Positions 20,501 to 30,100 of a stretch of 64,000 nucleotides of DNA are shown one piece after another. Source of the DNA: a bacterium (lineage in GTDB: Bacteria > Zhuqueibacterota > Zhuqueibacteria > Residuimicrobiales > Residuimicrobiaceae); assembly GCA_029565685.1 (NCBI GenBank), contig JAKQNR010000022.1:556035-620034 (forward strand). Direction: 5' to 3'. The notes below the pieces were generated by a model. It had not been told where the DNA came from. It made no database searches and saw only the letters and a list, made by a program, of their open reading frames with translations. A program made the translations under genes and the position numbers. Numbering within the stretch: position 1 is the stretch's first letter; every line of letters starts with the position of its first letter.

Positions 20501-21574
20501 ATGAGAAGAAAAACCAGAAAGGTTTTGGTCGGCGGCGTTGCTCTGGGCAGCGGCTCCCCTGTGGTCGTTCAATCCATGACCAACACCAAAACCACCGATA
20601 TCCCCGCGACATTAAGCCAGATCCAACAGCTGGTTGATGCAGGCTGTGAGCTGGTACGGCTGGCTGTGCCCAATCAAGAGGCGGTTTCCGCGTTCGCTGC
20701 CATCCGCAAGCAGACGCGGGTCCCGCTTATCGCTGACATCCATTTCGATTACCGGCTGGCGCTGGCTTCCATGGATGCCGGCGCAGATAAAATCCGCATC
20801 AATCCCGGCAACATCGGCGGCGAGGAAAAGCTGGCTCAGGTCATCCGTAGAGCGGCTCGAGACCATGTGCCAGTTCGAATCGGCGTTAATTCAGGCTCTC
20901 TGGAGAAGGAGCTGCTAAGCACCGAAAAGGGCGTAACCGTGAACGGATTGGTCCGTTCAGCCTTGCGCTGGACTGAACGCTGTCGGGAATACGGCGCCGA
21001 GCAGTTGGTGGTATCTCTGAAATCATCGGACGTCTTGCAAACCATTGAAGCTTATCAAGCCTTTGCCCAACAGAGCGATGTACCGCTTCATATCGGCGTA
21101 ACAGAAGCGGGCACTGCGCGCAGCGGCAGCATCAAATCAGCCGTAGCCATGGGTATTCTGCTCCACCAGGGCATTGGCGACACGCTGCGCGTCTCTCTGA
21201 GCGGGGATCCGGTTGAAGAGATCTTTGTTGCCCGCCAAATACTGCAATGCCTTGGACTGCAACAGCCTGGCGTGACCGTCATCGCCTGTCCGACCTGCGG
21301 CCGCACCGAGGTTGACATGGCGCCCATTGCCGAAGAGGTAGAGAAGCGTCTGGCCGGGCTCAAGCATCCCATCACGGTGGCGGTCATGGGTTGCGAGGTC
21401 AATGGACCTGGAGAGGCCCGCCACGCCGATATCGGCGTAGCCTGCGGTAAAAATGCAGCGGTTCTATTTCGTCATGGTAAAATCTTGCGCAAGATCAAAG
21501 CGGACGAAATCGCTGATGAATTGGTCAATGAAGCCTTGCATCTGCATGATAAGGCGGAAAAGGTCGGCGAATGA
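20501..21574 (+). CDS. ispG: 4-hydroxy-3-methylbut-2-enyl diphosphate synthase IspG (GcpE)
   Basis: 'RRKTRKVLVGGVALGSGSPVVVQSMTNTKTTD' is the family N-terminus. C-terminal 4Fe-4S ligands in 'ACPTCGRT...GCEVNGPGE'. The family usually starts at M-RRKTR, so ATG 20501 is preferred over 20468. Confidence 0.9.
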   Translation: MRRKTRKVLVGGVALGSGSPVVVQSMTNTKTTDIPATLSQIQQLVDAGCELVRLAVPNQEAVSAFAAIRKQTRVPLIADIHFDYRLALASMDAGADKIRINPGNIGGEEKLAQVIRRAARDHVPVRIGVNSGSLEKELLSTEKGVTVNGLVRSALRWTERCREYGAEQLVVSLKSSDVLQTIEAYQAFAQQSDVPLHIGVTEAGTARSGSIKSAVAMGILLHQGIGDTLRVSLSGDPVEEIFVARQILQCLGLQQPGVTVIACPTCGRTEVDMAPIAEEVEKRLAGLKHPITVAVMGCEVNGPGEARHADIGVACGKNAAVLFRHGKILRKIKADEIADELVNEALHLHDKAEKVGE

Positions 21575-22491
21575 CTTACGACTGCGTGGGGATGGGCATC
21601 ACGGTTTTAGATGAGCTGGTGGTGCTGGACGCTTATCCTCAGCCCAACAGCAAAGGCCGCGCCAAAACCATCATTCGGCAGGGCGGAGGGCCGGTGCCCA
21701 CAGCCCTGGCTACGCTATCCCGGTTGGGCAAACGTTGTGCCTTGGTAACGGCTCTTGGCATGGACTCTCACGGCCGTTTTTTATGCCAGGAACTGGAACA
21801 ATTCGGGGTTGAAACCCGTTATGTACATTATTTACCATCTGTTACCACGCCCAGAGCGATCATTCTGATCGATCAAAGCAAGGGGGAGCGGACTGTGCTG
21901 TTGGCGCAGGATTCGGCCTGCACCCTCAAACAACTCGAGCCGGTTCAGCCCTTTGACCAATGCCGCCTGCTTCACGTTGATGGCCATTATCCAGAAGCAG
22001 ACATTCAGGCGGCAGAGAGAGTGCATCATCAGGGCGGACTGGTGTCTCTGGACATTGGCAGCAACCGACTCGTGCCGGAGGCTCTTTTGAAAAAAGTCGA
22101 CATTCTGGTGGTGAGCGAATCCTATCAACAGAAAGGAATCATTCAAAGCGATCCGGTCAAAAGCCTGGAGCACCTTGCAAAACAGCACTTTAAATTGATA
22201 GGCATAACTTGCGGAACTATAGGGAGTTATCTTTATTTTAACAACAAAATACATTATGAACCGGCGTTCAAAGTAACAACCATAGACAGCACCGGCGCTG
22301 GAGATGTCTATCATGGCGCTCTGCTGTACGGATTTCTGCAGGGATTTACATTAGAGCAAATGGCTCGATTTGCTGCTGCGGCTGCTGCGAGAAAATGCGG
22401 ACATGTGGGGGGCAAGGCCGGCATACCTGATCTTCAGCAAATCAAGCAATTTCTTCAGGACCATAACTCGGACACTGACTTTATATCATGA
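21571..22491 (+). CDS. PfkB-family carbohydrate kinase
   Basis: Ribokinase-like fold. C-terminal 'DSTGAGDVYHGALLYGF' anion-hole/GAGD motif. ATGA overlap with ispG. Confidence 0.8.
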   Translation: MTYDCVGMGITVLDELVVLDAYPQPNSKGRAKTIIRQGGGPVPTALATLSRLGKRCALVTALGMDSHGRFLCQELEQFGVETRYVHYLPSVTTPRAIILIDQSKGERTVLLAQDSACTLKQLEPVQPFDQCRLLHVDGHYPEADIQAAERVHHQGGLVSLDIGSNRLVPEALLKKVDILVVSESYQQKGIIQSDPVKSLEHLAKQHFKLIGITCGTIGSYLYFNNKIHYEPAFKVTTIDSTGAGDVYHGALLYGFLQGFTLEQMARFAAAAAARKCGHVGGKAGIPDLQQIKQFLQDHNSDTDFIS

Positions 22492-22510
22492 TTCACACAA
22501 GGAGCCTGCT

Positions 22511-23029
22511 ATGAGGGTGAAACGGATGGCCGTGGCGGCCATTTTACTTTTAGGTTCAATCTGCGTGCTGCTAGGTCAAACGGACCAGGCGAAAAAATAT
22601 ATAAAAAACGATCAGGCTATGATCGCCAATGCATCCAAAGATGGGCAGACCATTGGTGTACTCGGCAAGGGCACGGAGCTGGTGGTATTGGAAGAGACGC
22701 CGACTATGGCCAAAATTCAGGTGACCGCCTGGGTGCTCAAATCAGAGATCACGCCGCTGCGTCCGTTGCGCGCGTTGCACCTGGCGGTTAAGACCAGAGC
22801 TGAGGCTGATTCTATTATGGCAGTGCTGAGAGCAGGTGGAGACTTTATCCAGCTGGCGCAAAGAAAATCCATCCTTGCCAATGCCGCCAAAGGGGGGGAT
22901 CTCGGTTACTTTAACACCGGCGACTTTGATCCCAAGATCGAAGCAGCCATTTCCAGCCTCGAGATCAACGAGCTCAGCGGCATCATCGAAACCTCGTTCG
23001 GCTACAATATCTTTAAAAGAATCCAGTGA
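22511..23029 (+). CDS. PpiC-type (parvulin) peptidyl-prolyl isomerase, exported
   Basis: Signal peptide 'MRVKRMAVAAILLLGSICVLLGQ'. Parvulin motif 'GGDLGYFNTGDFDPKIEAAISSLEINELSGIIETSFGYNIF'. AGGAG RBS. The ORF-track upstream extension overlapping pfkB is rejected. Confidence 0.75.
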   Translation: MRVKRMAVAAILLLGSICVLLGQTDQAKKYIKNDQAMIANASKDGQTIGVLGKGTELVVLEETPTMAKIQVTAWVLKSEITPLRPLRALHLAVKTRAEADSIMAVLRAGGDFIQLAQRKSILANAAKGGDLGYFNTGDFDPKIEAAISSLEINELSGIIETSFGYNIFKRIQ

Positions 23030-23052
23030 TCGTCTGACCCAGGCGTATTCCC

Positions 23053-23730
23053 ATGGCCGGACGCATTCTGCTCGCCATACCCGTGTACAACGAAGCAGGT
23101 CATCTGCCGCGGGTGTTGGCAGGCGTTCTGCAGCTTATGGACTCCCAGGACGTCCTGATTATTGACGACGGATCCACGGATGGAACTCTGGCTGAGATCG
23201 AGCATTTGGGACTGAATACGCTGCGTCATCCGCAGAATGAAGGCAAAGGCTTTTCTCTTTTGCAAGCCTGGCGATACGCCAAGGAGAGGGAATACGATTG
23301 GCTGTTGTGCATGGATGGGGACGGTCAGCACGATCCCGCGGATATACCGCTTTTTATTCAGCACATCGCCCGGGATCAAGCCGACGTGTTTCTAGGCGAC
23401 CGTATGCAGAGAGCAGGACACATGCCTTTGCAGCGGCAATGGAGCAACCGGCTCTCCTCTCTGATCCTGTCGTTGTTGATCAACAACGGTCAGCGCCTCA
23501 CCGACACCCAGTGCGGTTTCAGAGCCCTGCGCGTCTCCATGCTGCAGAACGCCTGGTTCCGTGAAAAAGGCTTTCAGTTTGAATCTGAAGTGCTGCTGGT
23601 GCTGGGACGCAGGGGCCGCCGGATCCGCCAGATCCCCATTCAGACCCGCTACGCCCAGGAAAAGAGCAGCATCAACCCCCTGACCGATACTCTGCGTTTT
23701 CTCAAGCTGGTTTTTAGAAGCCTGTGGTAG
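23053..23730 (+). CDS. Family-2 glycosyltransferase (Dpm1/polyprenyl-phosphate sugar transferase-like)
   Basis: 'ILLAIPVYNEAGHLPRVL...IIDDGSTDGT...CMDGDGQHDP' carries the DXD/GT-A signatures. Confidence 0.8.
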   Translation: MAGRILLAIPVYNEAGHLPRVLAGVLQLMDSQDVLIIDDGSTDGTLAEIEHLGLNTLRHPQNEGKGFSLLQAWRYAKEREYDWLLCMDGDGQHDPADIPLFIQHIARDQADVFLGDRMQRAGHMPLQRQWSNRLSSLILSLLINNGQRLTDTQCGFRALRVSMLQNAWFREKGFQFESEVLLVLGRRGRRIRQIPIQTRYAQEKSSINPLTDTLRFLKLVFRSLW

Positions 23731-23791
23731 GATCGGTTTACAATTTTTTTCTTGTTTTCATTCATCGAATTGTGTACATTAATGTTTCAAA

Positions 23792-23867
23792 CGGGGCGTA
23801 GCGCAGTCCGGCTTAGCGCGCCTGCTTCGGGAGCAGGAGGTCGGTGGTTCGAATCCACTCGCCCCGA
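23792..23867 (+). tRNA. tRNA-Pro (anticodon CGG)
   Basis: Hand-folded cloverleaf. Acceptor CGGGGCG/CGCCCCG. Anticodon loop TTCGGGA. T-loop TTCGAAT. CCA is not encoded. Confidence 0.8.
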
Positions 23868-23881
23868 CATGCAGTCAGAAA

Positions 23882-23912
23882 GGTTGACAGAAATTTTCTG
23901 TCAGCCTTTTTT
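23882..23912 (+). terminator. Rho-independent terminator after tRNA-Pro
   Basis: 9-bp stem GGTTGACAG/CTGTCAGCC (one G-U pair), 7-nt loop, then TTTTTT. Confidence 0.6.
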
Positions 23913-24130
23913 CATTTCAGCCTCCTTGGAGCCGCTGTCTGAGCGGGATTTTCCACACTGCGAGGGGCATGAGCAGCCGGCGGGCGAGCGGCAGATCCAC
24001 TTACCTCGCTGAACGAGCAAAAGATAAACCTCCTTCTGCGCTGCCGACGCAGCCGATGATGTTGCTTTTTTGCAATTTCTTTTGTACATTAGAACTTATA
24101 GCTATGGAACGATTAAAGTAGGATGGATTT

Positions 24131-26587
24131 ATGGCCCCTGAATACGATTCTAGCGTGATTGAAAAGAAATGGCAGCAGCGTTGGGAAACGACCAAGCTGT
24201 ACAAAACCGATCTAGATAAAATCGACAAAAAACTTTATTGTCTGGTGATGTTCATCTACCCGTCCGGAGACCGGATGCACATCGGCCACTGGTACAATTA
24301 TGCTCCCACGGACAGCTGGGCGCGCTTTAAACGGATGCAGGGCTATCAGGTTTTCGAGCCCATCGGCTATGATGCTTTTGGCCTTCCAGCGGAAAATTAT
24401 GCGATTAAAAAAGGCGTTCATCCAGCGGTCAGCACCAATCACAATATCCGGCTGATCCGTGAACAGCTCAAAGCCATGGGCGCCATGTATGACTGGGATT
24501 GTGAGATCAACACCAGCGATCCAAGCTATTATAAATGGACGCAGTGGCTTTTTCTGCAATTGTATAAAAAAGGGTTAGCCTACCGTAAAAAGGCCTCGGC
24601 CAACTGGTGCCCGAGCTGTAAAACCGTACTGGCCAATGAGCAGGTTATCGACGGTTGCTGCGAACGGTGCGATTCAGAGGTGTTGACCAGAGACCTGGAA
24701 CAGTGGTTTTTCAAGATCACCGAATATGCGGAACGGCTGCTGGAAGGACATCAGCGCATTCATTGGCCGGAAAAGACCATCGCCATGCAAAAGAACTGGA
24801 TCGGCAAAAGCGTCGGCGCACGTATCTGTTTCCCGGTGCAGGGCGGGGAGGAGGTCATCGAGGTGTTCACCACTCGTCCGGACACGCTCTGGGGCGTGAC
24901 CTATATGGTGCTGGCGCCGGAGCATCCTCTGGTCGGTCGCTTGACAAAACCAGAGCAGCAAAAGGCGGTGAAAGAGTATGTCTTGCAGGCGCGCAAGCAA
25001 AAAGAGATTGATCGCATGTCCACCGAAAAAGAAAAAACCGGCGTTTTTCTCGGCAGCTATTGCATCAATCCGGTCAATCAGGAGGCCGTGCCCATATGGA
25101 TTGCGGATTATGTGCTGGTGACTTATGGCACCGGGGCGGTGATGGCTGTGCCGGCGCACGATCAGCGCGACTTTGAATTTGCCAGCAAATATCAGCTGCC
25201 GATCCGTGAGGTTGTTTCGCCTGTTGGATCGCCGGCCGCTCAACCGCTGGACCACGCCTTTGAAGCGCCGGGGATCATGATCAACTCCGGTCCCTTTTCC
25301 GGCACGCCCTCCAGCGAGGGTTTGGCGCAAGTTATCGATTATCTGCAAGAGAAAAAATGGGGCGGGAAAAAGATCAATTACAAGCTTCGCGACTGGCTGA
25401 TTTCCCGTCAACGCTACTGGGGCGCTCCGATTCCGATCCTTTACTGCGAAAAGTGCGGCGAAGTGCCGGTGCCTGAAGCCGACCTGCCGGTGCTGTTGCC
25501 GGAGGACGTGCAGTTCAGCGGCAAAGGCGAATCACCGCTCTCCACCTCAGCCACTTTTATGCAGGCTGTATGCCCGCAATGCGGCGGCCCTGCCAGACGG
25601 GAGATAGACACGATGGATACCTTTGTCTGCTCCTCCTGGTATTTTCTCCGTTATCCCAATTCAACCCTGCAGGACCGTCCCTTTGATCCCAAACGGGTTG
25701 CTGATTGGTTGCCGGTGGATCAGTATGTGGGTGGAGCGGAGCATGCCGTCATGCATCTGCTCTATGCGCGTTTCTTTACCAAGGCGCTCTACGATCTGGG
25801 GTTGATCAACTTTGACGAGCCGTTCAGTCGATTGGTTCATCAGGGCATCATCACCGCCAAGGGCGCCAAGATGAGCAAATCCAAAGGCAATGTGGTCAAC
25901 CCGGACAAATTCGTGCAAGAGTTCGGCAGCGACACCTTTCGTTTGTATATGATGTTTATGGGCTCCTATGAGGAGGGGGGCGATTGGTCTGATGAGGGCA
26001 TCATCGGCATTCATCGCTTTCTTAAAAGGGTCTGGCGCGTGGTCTGGACCTGTGTCGAGAACCCACCCCAGGGAAGTGAAAATGAACGATTCATCAAAGT
26101 TGTCCAGCAGATGCACTATGCCATCAAACAGGTCACCCAAGATTTGGAACGTTTCCATTTCAACACCGCGGTAAGCCGCATCATGGAATTAGTGAATGAA
26201 ATTTCATTATATCTGCAGGACGTGCCGGTTCTGAACCAGAACCGGGAACTTTTGCAGACCGTCATCCCCACCTTGATACAGCTTTTGGCGCCGTTCGCAC
26301 CGCATTTCAGCGAGGAGCTCTGGGAAGTCATCGGCCGGCCGTACAGTGTTTTCAACACCACATGGCCGGAGCACGATGAATCCTGGCTGGTGCAGCGCAC
26401 GATTCAACTGGGAGTGCAGATCAATGGTAAAATACGCGGCCAGGTCGAAGTGTCGGCTGACATGGCGGACCAGCAGATTCTTGCCGAGGCGCTGAAAGAC
26501 GCAAAGATTAAAACCTATGTGGATGGAAAAACCATTGTCAAATCGTTTGTGGTGCCTAAAAAGCTGGTCAGTCTAGTGGTCAAATAG
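24131..26587 (+). CDS. leuS: Leucyl-tRNA synthetase
   Basis: 818 aa. HIGH-type motif 'PSGDRMHIGHWYNYAPTD' and 'KMSKS'. Typical LeuS N-terminus 'EKKWQQRWE'. Confidence 0.95.
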   Translation: MAPEYDSSVIEKKWQQRWETTKLYKTDLDKIDKKLYCLVMFIYPSGDRMHIGHWYNYAPTDSWARFKRMQGYQVFEPIGYDAFGLPAENYAIKKGVHPAVSTNHNIRLIREQLKAMGAMYDWDCEINTSDPSYYKWTQWLFLQLYKKGLAYRKKASANWCPSCKTVLANEQVIDGCCERCDSEVLTRDLEQWFFKITEYAERLLEGHQRIHWPEKTIAMQKNWIGKSVGARICFPVQGGEEVIEVFTTRPDTLWGVTYMVLAPEHPLVGRLTKPEQQKAVKEYVLQARKQKEIDRMSTEKEKTGVFLGSYCINPVNQEAVPIWIADYVLVTYGTGAVMAVPAHDQRDFEFASKYQLPIREVVSPVGSPAAQPLDHAFEAPGIMINSGPFSGTPSSEGLAQVIDYLQEKKWGGKKINYKLRDWLISRQRYWGAPIPILYCEKCGEVPVPEADLPVLLPEDVQFSGKGESPLSTSATFMQAVCPQCGGPARREIDTMDTFVCSSWYFLRYPNSTLQDRPFDPKRVADWLPVDQYVGGAEHAVMHLLYARFFTKALYDLGLINFDEPFSRLVHQGIITAKGAKMSKSKGNVVNPDKFVQEFGSDTFRLYMMFMGSYEEGGDWSDEGIIGIHRFLKRVWRVVWTCVENPPQGSENERFIKVVQQMHYAIKQVTQDLERFHFNTAVSRIMELVNEISLYLQDVPVLNQNRELLQTVIPTLIQLLAPFAPHFSEELWEVIGRPYSVFNTTWPEHDESWLVQRTIQLGVQINGKIRGQVEVSADMADQQILAEALKDAKIKTYVDGKTIVKSFVVPKKLVSLVVK

Positions 26588-26616
26588 ACAGGCGGGGGCC
26601 ATTTTAGCTCAAAGCC

Positions 26617-26648
26617 AAGCCTGGATCAATGATGATTCAGGCTTTTTT
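26617..26648 (+). terminator. Rho-independent terminator after leuS
   Basis: AAGCCTG...CAGGCTT 7-bp stem followed by TTTTTT. Confidence 0.55.
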
Positions 26649-26728
26649 ATATTTAAAGGGGGGATCCGTCGCTGTAAACTTGACATAACTAATATTATGC
26701 AGAAATGGCTCTGCTTACAGAGCAGCTC

Positions 26729-28132
26729 TTAGGGTATCTGCAACTCCTGCTTGGCTTTTTCCTTAAGCGGCGATTCTGTCTTGACCCATAAAATCTCCTC
26801 CAGCTGTTGCCGTGCGGTGTCGCTTTGTCCCAACGCCTTTAAGGACAGCGCATAATGAAATCGCGCATTTATGTTGCTGGGATTGAGCTTGATGGCCTCT
26901 TGAAGGAATTTCACAGCCTCTTGATGTTTTCCCTCCAACGTATGACTCTTGCCCAATAGGGTCAGCGTTACACTGTCATCTTTGCCAAGGTCAATGGCCT
27001 TTTGCGCCGCTTCTGCTGTTTCAGCCGGCATCTGCGAAGCATCATAGATGATCGCCGCTTGCTTGAACAGCGCCGCCTTATTGGGCGCTATGGCTATGGC
27101 ACGGCGAATGGAATCCGCTGCTTCCTTGATGCGGCCGCTGCGCAGCTGACACGATGCCAGAGATGCCCAGACATCGTACTCTGCCGGTTTGATCCCAAGA
27201 TATTTCTTGTAAGCAAGTATGGCAGCGTTGTAGTCGCCTTTTATAAATGACTGAAAACCCTCAGCATACAATTCTTCTACGTTCTCGTCGTTCATTTCGG
27301 CCGCTGCGGACACATTGCGGTTTTCAGCGCTGTGCTGCTCTGCAGGCGTAAACGCCCGTAAAGATTTTCGCGCAATTTCCCCCAAATTGCCGCTGGGGTC
27401 GAGTTTGATCACCGCTTTGAAGCATCTACTGGCATTATCCGCATCGTTCTGCGCCAGGTACACTTTGCCCAGCCCCAAATAGGCTCGCGGCTCCTTGGGC
27501 GACAACGAAATCACGCGTTCAAAAATGCGTATGGCCTCAGGATAGTTCTTTTCAATACTGTATACAGCCGCTAAATTGACCAAAGCTAATATATTGCTGT
27601 TCTGTAACAGCAATCCTTCACGTAAAAAATGAATGGATTGCTGGAACTGTCTTATTTTTGAATAGATACTTCCCAGAACGAAATAAGCGCGGACATAGAC
27701 CGGACAGACGCGGAGCGTATCAAGACATAGCTCCAACCCCTGATTCAAATTCTTCATCTCCAGATTCACCAACGCCAGATTATAGTAAAAATCCGGTTCA
27801 TTCGGATTCATTTCAAGAGCCTTGCGCCAGAGCACGATGGCTTTATCATACGCCCTGCTGCGGGCCAAAGATAAGGCTTCCTTGTTAAGGGCTTCAGCCT
27901 CGGCGCCGGGGCGCTGTTGACTCCAGGTCAATACGATCTTTTGCCCTTCCGCTTCCTTGATGTCGATGCGATAAGCCTGTCCACGATATTTTTCTTTGAG
28001 CAGTTGAAACAGATCTGTGAGGTTTTGGCCGGTCTTGAGGTTGAGTTGGGGATAGCTTTTCGCCAATTCGGCGGTATCGAAAGTCACAGTGTAGGTCTTT
28101 AATGACTCTGAAGCTGTCATACTGTCCAACAT
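26729..28132 (-). CDS. TPR-repeat protein
   Basis: Multiple 34-aa TPR units (e.g. 'AYFVLGSIYSKIRQFQQSIHFLREGLLLQNSN'). Confidence 0.7.
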   Translation of the reverse strand: MLDSMTASESLKTYTVTFDTAELAKSYPQLNLKTGQNLTDLFQLLKEKYRGQAYRIDIKEAEGQKIVLTWSQQRPGAEAEALNKEALSLARSRAYDKAIVLWRKALEMNPNEPDFYYNLALVNLEMKNLNQGLELCLDTLRVCPVYVRAYFVLGSIYSKIRQFQQSIHFLREGLLLQNSNILALVNLAAVYSIEKNYPEAIRIFERVISLSPKEPRAYLGLGKVYLAQNDADNASRCFKAVIKLDPSGNLGEIARKSLRAFTPAEQHSAENRNVSAAAEMNDENVEELYAEGFQSFIKGDYNAAILAYKKYLGIKPAEYDVWASLASCQLRSGRIKEAADSIRRAIAIAPNKAALFKQAAIIYDASQMPAETAEAAQKAIDLGKDDSVTLTLLGKSHTLEGKHQEAVKFLQEAIKLNPSNINARFHYALSLKALGQSDTARQQLEEILWVKTESPLKEKAKQELQIP

Positions 28133-28175
28133 CAGTTGCGTAAAGGTGACTATTTCAGGGCTTTAAAGAATCTTG

Positions 28176-28249
28176 TACGCCAGACGGGAGTCGAACCCAT
28201 AACCTTTGGCTCCGGAGGCCAACGCTCTGTCCAGTTGAGCTACTGGCGC
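28176..28249 (-). tRNA. tRNA-Arg (anticodon CCG)
   Basis: Reverse-strand cloverleaf GCGCCAGTAGCTCAACTGGACAGAGC... Anticodon loop CTCCGGA. T-loop TTCGACT. Confidence 0.75.
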
Positions 28250-28259
28250 ATGGTGTAAA

Positions 28260-29147
28260 TCAAGAAACGCCTGCTGACTGCTTTCGTGCCGCCTGCAGCG
28301 TATTTTTCATCAGCATAGCGATGGTCATCGGTCCCACACCGCCGGGAACCGGTGAAATTGCTGCGGCTTTCTTCTCGACAGCGGCAAAATCAACGTCGCC
28401 GACGAGTCGATACCCCTTGGGATGAGTTGAATCAACAATCCGGTTAACGCCGACATCGATGACCACGCATCCCTCCTGCACCATCTCACCCGTGATCGTG
28501 CCGGCTCTGCCTGATGCGACGATCAGGATCTCCGCCTGTCGCGTGTGGTAGCTGAGATCTCGAGTGCCGGTATGACACAAAGTAACGGTAGCGTTGGCGC
28601 CTGGCTTTTTTTGCGCCAGCATGACCGCCAGCGGCATGCCAACAATGCCGCTGCGCCCGACAATGACCACATGCTTGCCCGCGATGTCGATTTTTTCGCG
28701 GATCAGCATCTCCTGTATGCCGGCGGGGGTGCAGGGCGCATAACATTCCTCCCCGGCGGCCAGTTTGCCGCGATTCACAGGATGGAATCCATCTACGTCC
28801 TTTTCCGGCGCGATGGCTTGGATCACCCGTGAGGACGAAAGTGAATGGGGCAAAGGAAGCTGCACCAAGATGCCATGCACGGATGAATCAGAATTCAATT
28901 CACCAATCAATTGCAGCAGCTCGTGCTCGGAAAAATCCGCCCCATAGCGCAAAGTACGCGAAGCGATGCCGAACTGCTCACAGGCTTTTTGTTTCCGCCC
29001 CACATAAACCAGCGACGCAGGATCTTCGCCCACCAGAATAACCGCCAAGCAGGGCTGCACCCCTTGCGTCCGCAGGGCACGAACCTGTTCCTCGATCTCT
29101 TGATGAATCTGCTGGGCTATCCGATTGCCGTCGATGATCTTCGCCAT
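28260..29147 (-). CDS. folD: Bifunctional methylene-THF dehydrogenase/methenyl-THF cyclohydrolase
   Basis: 'ILVGEDPASLVYVGRKQKACEQFGI...GILVQLPLP' are FolD hallmarks. Confidence 0.9.
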   Translation of the reverse strand: MAKIIDGNRIAQQIHQEIEEQVRALRTQGVQPCLAVILVGEDPASLVYVGRKQKACEQFGIASRTLRYGADFSEHELLQLIGELNSDSSVHGILVQLPLPHSLSSSRVIQAIAPEKDVDGFHPVNRGKLAAGEECYAPCTPAGIQEMLIREKIDIAGKHVVIVGRSGIVGMPLAVMLAQKKPGANATVTLCHTGTRDLSYHTRQAEILIVASGRAGTITGEMVQEGCVVIDVGVNRIVDSTHPKGYRLVGDVDFAAVEKKAAAISPVPGGVGPMTIAMLMKNTLQAARKQSAGVS

Positions 29148-29207
29148 ATTCGCTTCTCTGCTGCAACTCCGAATGTCCCGTGCTGCCTATGAAAGCAGCG
29201 CGCCGGA

Positions 29208-30002
29208 CTAGGGTAGGTTCACCCTGCTGATCTTGATCGCTCTTCCACTGGCAGCGTCGATCTCCAGCAGCACACCGTTGAGTCGGTTGTTGCTGGTCGC
29301 CGGGCGGTATTTTTCAGGAATTTGGCGGATGAATCGTTTGAGCGCAACCTGGGTGTCCATGCCGATGACTGAATCAAAAGGACCGGTCATTCCGGCATCA
29401 GTGATGTATGCGGTGCCCAGGGGCAGAATGCGTTCATCCGCGGTCTGTACATGGGTGTGGGTGCCGATCACGGCGCTGACCTGTCCATCGAGATGCCAAG
29501 CCAAAGCCTGCTTTTCCGCAGTGGCTTCCGCATGCAGGTCAAGGATCAGCACTTTGGTTTTTTCCCGTAACCGCGCCACCTCTTCGCTGCACCGTTTAAA
29601 CGGGCAGTCGATCGGGAACATGAACGTCCGGCCTTGCGCGTTAAGAATGCCGACCAGCGCCTGGGTATCGGTTTGGATCACCGTAGAACCCCGTCCCGGG
29701 GCTTCAGAGGGATAATTGAGCGGTCGCAGCACCCGCGGGCTGGTGTCCAGATAGTGGCGAAAAGCACTGTTGCTCCACGTATGATTGCCGCCGGTGATGA
29801 CGTCCACACCCAGGGAGAAAAGCTGCTTGGCCAGGCTTTCAGTGAGCCCATTCCCTGCATCCATGTTTTCGCCATTGGCGATGCAGACGTCCACCTGATG
29901 GGATTTCTTGAGGCCCGGGAGCAGACCCGCTACCAGGTCCAATCCGGATTTTCCCACGATGTCGGCGATGAACAACACGGTGATCGGTTTGCGCTCAGCC
30001 AA
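29208..30002 (-). CDS. ymdB: YmdB-like TIGR00282-family metallophosphoesterase
   Basis: 'ITVLFIADIVGKSGLDLV...VCIANGENMDAGNGLT...GGNHTWSN'. Conserved position immediately downstream of rny. Confidence 0.85.
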   Translation of the reverse strand: MAERKPITVLFIADIVGKSGLDLVAGLLPGLKKSHQVDVCIANGENMDAGNGLTESLAKQLFSLGVDVITGGNHTWSNSAFRHYLDTSPRVLRPLNYPSEAPGRGSTVIQTDTQALVGILNAQGRTFMFPIDCPFKRCSEEVARLREKTKVLILDLHAEATAEKQALAWHLDGQVSAVIGTHTHVQTADERILPLGTAYITDAGMTGPFDSVIGMDTQVALKRFIRQIPEKYRPATSNNRLNGVLLEIDAASGRAIKISRVNLP

Positions 30003-30100
30003 TCGGCACCTTTAATATAAATGTTTTGTTGTAAGGATCAAAGATTTTTTTTAATCTTGCGGGCGTAGGTCACTGCGCTCCGGCCCAGGTCCCTCTGGGC

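Noticed and set aside
22370-23029. 219-aa ORF-track version of the PpiC gene starting inside pfkB
   Set aside because: The upstream extension overlaps the PfkB kinase C-terminus in another frame. The AGGAG + ATG at 22511 gives a clean signal peptide.
23914-24130. Possible T-box or other leader upstream of leuS
   Set aside because: No recognisable T-box sequence (AATTAGGGTGGTACCGCG-like) or specifier/antiterminator arrangement was seen by eye, so no call.
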